Part shown: one piece after another, positions 31,901-36,038 of the stretch
Layout: each line of letters begins with the position of its first letter
How positions within the stretch are numbered: the stretch's first letter is position 1
Origin: Barthelona sp. PAP020
Lineage: Eukaryota
Assembly (NCBI GenBank): GCA_040182905.1
Contig: JARQWU010000087.1
Coordinates: forward strand, 1-36,038
Direction: 5' to 3'
Length of the DNA: 36,038 nucleotides
Notes under the pieces: model-generated
Database searches by the model: none
The model's input: the letters and a program-made list of their open reading frames with translations, nothing else
Told to the model about the DNA's origin: nothing
Position numbers and translations under genes: made by a program

Positions 31901-34265
31901 TGATGTTCAATTTTGGTTTAGCACTGCAAATAGAATTGTTGGTTATAGGCCTTTAGAACAATTGAAACGTTATGAAAATCTTGTTCAAGAATTTAAAAAC
32001 TTGAACATTGAAGACGATAATTTTGACACTGTTTGTGATTATCAAAAGAATACAATTGTTCAATTTGTAAATCAGTTTGGAACAATGATTCAACAACAAA
32101 TTGGTGAAGTGTATTCTACTTTTGATGATGAAAGGAGAATGATGTTATCAAAACAATGTATCTCTCATGTTTCAAATTTTCAAGACAGTGTCATTCTATT
32201 TATTGAACAAATTACTGGTCATTATGATTTGGGTAATTTAGGTAATGAAACTCGAACTGTTATCAATGGAGCTTTACCGAAGAATAAGTTAAAGAAAAAG
32301 CCTTTCCAATTGAGTGATATCTTTAAATTATTTCAAAAAGAACAAAGAATCAAAAAGAAACTTGATAAAATTCTACAATTGGATTTTCAAACATTGGATC
32401 GTATCTATCGTCAGTGTAATGCTAATATTATGGGACAGTTTTATCTGAAACAACAACAAGAAGCACAAGAAATTCAAGAAGAGGAACAGGTTAGACTTCT
32501 TGAAATTCAAAAAAAACTTATGGAAGAACAACATCAACAAGAAATTCAATTATATTTGGAACAATTAGAAGGATTGAAAGACAAATTCATTTGGTTAGTA
32601 CAGAATACCCCTCCTGATTTCTTTGTTACCTTGCAAAATGGATCAATATTACCTTTATCAACCATGGTAGATAAGCATGTGGATCAAATAGAGCGTAATC
32701 TTAGAGGTGATTTGAACAATTTAAATATGAATCTCTTGAGTAATCTTTCTTCTGTGTTTCAAGAATACGAAAATCAATACACCGTTTTTAAACATGATCA
32801 AGTACTGATTCAACAGCAACAAACAAATGAATTACATGAGCAACAACAATTACATGAGCAACAACAATTACAAGAACAACAATCACAAAATTTTGATCTT
32901 GAAACAATGGCGATGTTTAATACCGTTAAAAATGAACTTCAAAACATTAGAAGAAATACCAACTATCAAAGTAGTTTTCAAATGCCAAAGCCAAAGAATT
33001 TTCTTGAAAATTTTTCCAATGCTGTTGTTTACAAAGGAACTCCTCATTTTAACAATGTTAAGCAAGGGTCTATTGGGGATTGTTATTTGATTAGTGGGAT
33101 ATCTACAATTGCATCTCATGCTAAAGGAAAGAAGTTTATTGATAACATTCTTGTAGATTGTTCTCCCAAGGCTGGATCACATCTTGTGAAGCTCTATTAT
33201 AATTTTGAGCCTAGATATTTAATATTAGATAATTTCTTCCCAAATGGTGGTAAAGATTATGGTAGATCAAAAATTAAAGAAGAAATGTGGGTCAGTTTAA
33301 TGGAAAAAGCTTATGCTCAAATGGTTGGATCTTATGAAGATATTGCACATGGTGGACCCTCTTCAAAACCTTATCAAGTGTATTTAAATGCAGTTTGTGA
33401 CTCGTGGGTTACAGGTGATTTTATCAAACATGGAGAAAAATGCGAAAAACTTTGGCAGATGTTAAAGAAAACAATTGATCATATTCATGGAAACCATGAG
33501 CTTTTGTTTTCTATTTCAAGCCCTGGTGCTAGTGATACAGAATTGACAGATGGCATTGTGAATCATCATGCTTTCAGTTTGTTACAAGTTGCAGATATCA
33601 CATGTTCTCGAGGACAAATTAAATTATGTAAAGTGAGAAATCCTTGGGGTCATAAAGAATATACGGGTGATTGGAGTGATAACAGTCCTTTATGGACACA
33701 AAAATTGAGAAAACAATTGAATGTTGAGAATGCTGATGATGGAGTGTTTTGGATGGATTTTGCCGATCTTTTATCCAGATTTTCTCGAATTTGTGTTGCT
33801 CTTCCTTTATTACCTGAAAATAAAGCCAATTGGAGAAAAGTGCATTTTAATGTTCCTGTGGCTGATGTTCCAACCAAGTATTTTTCAATGTATGAAAAGA
33901 ACGTCATTGAACTTTTACCTACGAAAACATCATCTTTTGTGATTCCTTTGTTTGTTTCAATTAAAGCTAGAGGTGTCACTATTCCATCCTTTAGTTTATT
34001 CTGTGGTTATCTGGACAATAACAACAATAGAAAAGACCCCATTTCAAAAGACGATTGGAAGTCAATAGACAAGGTGTTCTATTATTCTATAAAGGATGGA
34101 GATTTGGATAATTGTATTTTTTCATGGGACACCTCAAAAAGAACGTTTATTGCTTTCCAAGGAGGTAATAATAGTGAAGATTTGTTTTCTTACAGTATTG
34201 TTGCTGCTTCAACAATACCTCTTCAAGTTTATATTCATAACAGACAAGGAGCAGTTGTAAATTGA
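28917..34265 (+). CDS. Multi-pass transmembrane calpain (DEK1-like: membrane domain, linker, CysPc, domain III)
   Basis: About 20 hydrophobic segments in the first ~790 aa; catalytic triad QGSIGDC(1389)Y, NHH(1551)AFS, VRN(1575)PWG; LMEKAYA; WSDNSPLW; DDGVFWM. Confidence 0.9.
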   Translation: MIRSTFLILYFGCFAISNIILRFTAGKLGSLKGCVEQRGCSTKLAPFFTISQWLFLGISCFLGFYLGFEQINEQIFQTWFCISAIFGILPLFVSFMHIWLIHNGMFSRLVQAFVIICIFTVICSFGYIVLTLEPYSYMSLCFFMMSLTLFPIAFFCFSNSPFDILDQPDVNEGIILNKYKTFSGLQRYGSYLLNILILIIYSLLHRYKDPEYEFLGFITSVSVIISDFLIFVHPSKSIKHSPFSLFIYLSLPRFLLPLFTYNYWFLGHTCIFLILFNIFRLSRLAKEKKLTGTMSYIALTSNIEEEDAFLEITPMINSSYFTLIVLTIFYLIIFFIVKWKPKGIPLPDIMMIDGTHPQWEFGLFGLFATLTISTGIVAIIKARDISDALIELKNKLDPGKEGNLVEEDFKEEWSNHIKIMFISGSIFIFTLLSCTIFLYFITKSFIILVCCITVSLIIYCYFIVQRLFSFLDYEWTRDKPTKPLRVCISIFFFIGLVNIIIGYVLLYVFIEQRIICNIYLFITVGFYFNIGLFKFYFDTLSIKGMTILFGIISLANIIYSAIFIDISFVGFIFIEILIFGILKFIENDAKYTSLTNIIFFAEGILILIVCYGGGYIFKNNLFAAASFLAGLIINACIFLILHYFHSKASQVYFRGRITDSIIAIIILCFGGMGFFVMMQGTGIFWGISMISFVIVVILVLICSLYLPTTTTFEYFFSSSILPAFKLNKKNRTVESNNGPFLMVLLIFASVIGWCFLQLAFKPELPPYFTIGMIFVVWSVLFGLMLKLKLNNTLSLTLSKDYLGDRNASFIPQVKFTETGVINLKNPKKLNKYISDNASTDQTSNEQQEFINWIEYNRNMNIQAKNVASWFLLLIESANEKKLEKLGLIKTFLQSKGVFMTNAQILNMKEDKIQKLANEFDGWVKYQNEKIGKDKTDMEKDKIQGNIMDNKIRGRQNTNFKLTKSKTNLDSKTKAKLQRAQAKYSKACAKVDELHDDVQFWFSTANRIVGYRPLEQLKRYENLVQEFKNLNIEDDNFDTVCDYQKNTIVQFVNQFGTMIQQQIGEVYSTFDDERRMMLSKQCISHVSNFQDSVILFIEQITGHYDLGNLGNETRTVINGALPKNKLKKKPFQLSDIFKLFQKEQRIKKKLDKILQLDFQTLDRIYRQCNANIMGQFYLKQQQEAQEIQEEEQVRLLEIQKKLMEEQHQQEIQLYLEQLEGLKDKFIWLVQNTPPDFFVTLQNGSILPLSTMVDKHVDQIERNLRGDLNNLNMNLLSNLSSVFQEYENQYTVFKHDQVLIQQQQTNELHEQQQLHEQQQLQEQQSQNFDLETMAMFNTVKNELQNIRRNTNYQSSFQMPKPKNFLENFSNAVVYKGTPHFNNVKQGSIGDCYLISGISTIASHAKGKKFIDNILVDCSPKAGSHLVKLYYNFEPRYLILDNFFPNGGKDYGRSKIKEEMWVSLMEKAYAQMVGSYEDIAHGGPSSKPYQVYLNAVCDSWVTGDFIKHGEKCEKLWQMLKKTIDHIHGNHELLFSISSPGASDTELTDGIVNHHAFSLLQVADITCSRGQIKLCKVRNPWGHKEYTGDWSDNSPLWTQKLRKQLNVENADDGVFWMDFADLLSRFSRICVALPLLPENKANWRKVHFNVPVADVPTKYFSMYEKNVIELLPTKTSSFVIPLFVSIKARGVTIPSFSLFCGYLDNNNNRKDPISKDDWKSIDKVFYYSIKDGDLDNCIFSWDTSKRTFIAFQGGNNSEDLFSYSIVAASTIPLQVYIHNRQGAVVN
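32830..32883 (+). repeat. 18-bp x3 coding tandem repeat (LHEQQQ)
   Basis: aattacatgagcaacaac twice, then aattacaagaacaacaat. Confidence 0.8.
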
Positions 34266-34901
34266 TTTTTCTAATTTTTTTTTTCTTAATTTGTCCAATT
34301 GTGAAATAGCATTTATTTAGGAAGAAAGTAACCTCAGAAAGTTCATTCAGACAAATTTTAGTCAAAACCCTTGGGGAAAATTAAAGGACTGACATGAAAC
34401 TTCGAGGATCAAGCGATAATTTGGTGCAATATTCTGGTCCCTGTTCTTTGTATTTGGCAAAAGCAAAATTTTAAAGTTCTACCTTTCTTCTTTAAAAATT
34501 AACAGTTGAAGAGGTTAATTTTGAAATTTTGGTTTTGATTAATCCAAAAGAGATTTGTAGCACATCACCTTTGCTATTAAATAGGACGAGGAGAATGGCA
34601 TGATGAACTCTTCAACAAATTTAACACAATACAATAAAGCAACTGCTCTTTTGCTTTTAAAAAGAATTGTTCAATAAGGTATTTTCTGTTTTTTAGACAA
34701 AGAATCAGCCTTTGAGCCAATGAAAGCAGAAGTTCAATGTGAAGTTAAAGCTCCCCAAATGAAACATTCCAAATCACTCAATTAGCAACAACCCTTTACC
34801 AATAGTTGTATCAAAAAACAAGTGAACTATGATTTATATGCAAAGAAAAATTATCCACAAAACATGAACGGAATAAACATGTAACCACACAAAAGACCTT
34901 T

Positions 34902-36038
34902 CTAATCATCATTATCATCACTCTCATCACTGTCATCATCTTCTATCTCTTCATCAATATACTGACGCATATTACCACCATTCCTTTCATTAATGTCAAT
35001 CAAATCCCAACATAAGTTGATTGACATGTCAAAATCTCTTTGATTCATGTAGACTCCAGCATTGACAAATTCTCGGATGATCAAACTATTGACATTCATT
35101 GTAACAAGTGTTGATAAAAGATAGCCCTTATCCTTCACCAATTCAATTAACTCAGATTTGGACAAAGGCTCAAATTTCAAATCAACAGGCTCGCCACTCT
35201 CCAATTGTTGTTTTAAATTAGGCCAGCTCAAAATGCTGTATTTGTTCTTTTTCCATTGTTCATCACTTGTATACAATCTATTGAAAAATAACAGCATATC
35301 TTCACCATATAGGTTTATTTCGGGACAATTTAGAAGCATCTTGGCAACATCAAGATGACCTGTCCAACAACTGACATACAATGGAGAAAATCTACCTTCC
35401 CTACACAAATTTACACCAGCACCATGATTCAAAAGCATTCTGGTAACATCAAGATGACCATTTTGGCAACTGATGTATAATGGAGAAACACCATTATTCT
35501 TACACAAATTAACATCTGCTCCATGATCCAAAAGCATTTTAGTAACATTAAGATGACCATTTTGACAACTGATGTACAATGGCGAAAAACTTTCATTATA
35601 ACACAAATTAACATCAGCCCCATGATCCAAGAGCATTTTGGCAACATCAAGATGACCAAGTTCACAACTGATGTACAATGGAGAAGCACCTTCATTCATA
35701 CACAAATTAATATCAGCCCCATGAGCTAAGAGCATTCTGGCAACATCAAGATGACCCTTTTGGCAACTGATGTACAATGGAGAAACATCATTATTCTTAC
35801 ACAAATTAACATCACCACCATGGTCCAAGAGCATTTTGGCAACATCAAAATGACCTTGTTGACAACTGATGTACAATGGGGAAATACCATTATTCTTACA
35901 CAAATTAACATCACCACCATGGTCCAAGAGCATTTTGGCAACATCAAAATGACCTTGTTGACAACTGATGTGCAATGGAGAAGCACCGTCATTCATACTC
36001 AAATTAACATCAGCCCCATGATCTAAGAGTATTTTGGC
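34902..36038 (-). CDS. Ankyrin-repeat protein, 5' end beyond the window
   Basis: The frame is open to the window edge (AKILLDHGADVNLSMNDGASPLH...). At least 7 near-identical 33-aa ankyrin repeats, then a unique domain and an acidic tail. Confidence 0.92.
   Translation of the reverse strand, partial: AKILLDHGADVNLSMNDGASPLHISCQQGHFDVAKMLLDHGGDVNLCKNNGISPLYISCQQGHFDVAKMLLDHGGDVNLCKNNDVSPLYISCQKGHLDVARMLLAHGADINLCMNEGASPLYISCELGHLDVAKMLLDHGADVNLCYNESFSPLYISCQNGHLNVTKMLLDHGADVNLCKNNGVSPLYISCQNGHLDVTRMLLNHGAGVNLCREGRFSPLYVSCWTGHLDVAKMLLNCPEINLYGEDMLLFFNRLYTSDEQWKKNKYSILSWPNLKQQLESGEPVDLKFEPLSKSELIELVKDKGYLLSTLVTMNVNSLIIREFVNAGVYMNQRDFDMSINLCWDLIDINERNGGNMRQYIDEEIEDDDSDESDDNDD
35335..36038 (-). 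repeat. 99-bp tandem repeat array encoding ankyrin repeats
   Basis: c(a/t)caaatt anchors at 35404, 35503, 35602, 35701, 35800, 35899 and 35998, an exact 99-nt period. Confidence 0.95.

Noticed and set aside
566..36026. Numerous 60-150 aa ORFs antisense or out of frame within large genes (e.g. 706..966, 5855..6181, 30848..31312, 35429..35695)
   Set aside because: These are shadow ORFs of real genes or of the repeat array, with no recognisable motifs.
1..36038. Alternative genetic code (TAA/TAG = Gln, as in hexamitid diplomonads and some ciliates)
   Set aside because: Conserved genes end at TAA, TAG or TGA where expected, long ORFs have no internal TAR, and Gln is encoded by CAA/CAG.
35335..36038. 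CRISPR-like repeat/spacer array
   Set aside because: The period is exactly 99 nt, in frame, and encodes ankyrin repeats; there are no unique spacers or cas genes and the context is eukaryotic.

Overview
Gene-dense, very AT-rich eukaryotic nuclear DNA from a flagellated/ciliated protist with a compact genome. A metamonad-like lineage is plausible (NEK-ankyrin kinase, tiny 5'-biased introns, very short intergenic spacers) but cannot be proven here. The standard genetic code is used. About 17 protein genes are present: XPG/RAD2, Inturned-like, class I HDAC, amino-acid permease, Nup85-like, coiled-coil protein, AKTIP/FTS-like UEV, BBS2, DDX3/Ded1 helicase, CFAP57, RING/U-box-like protein, Med11-like, MFS transporter, EVH1-like protein, NEK2-like kinase with ankyrins, a 1782-aa multi-pass membrane calpain, and a truncated ankyrin array. 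Three 40-43 nt GT-AG introns, missed by the ORF track, repair the N-termini of HDAC, the permease and BBS2. The highlights are a DEK1-type membrane-anchored calpain, a DARPin-like 99-bp ankyrin array that varies at binding-surface positions, a half-RING/half-U-box domain, and a homopolymer-associated frame break at the Nup85 5' end. No rRNA, tRNA, CRISPR or transposon was recognised. All family assignments come from motif recognition by eye, not from database searches.
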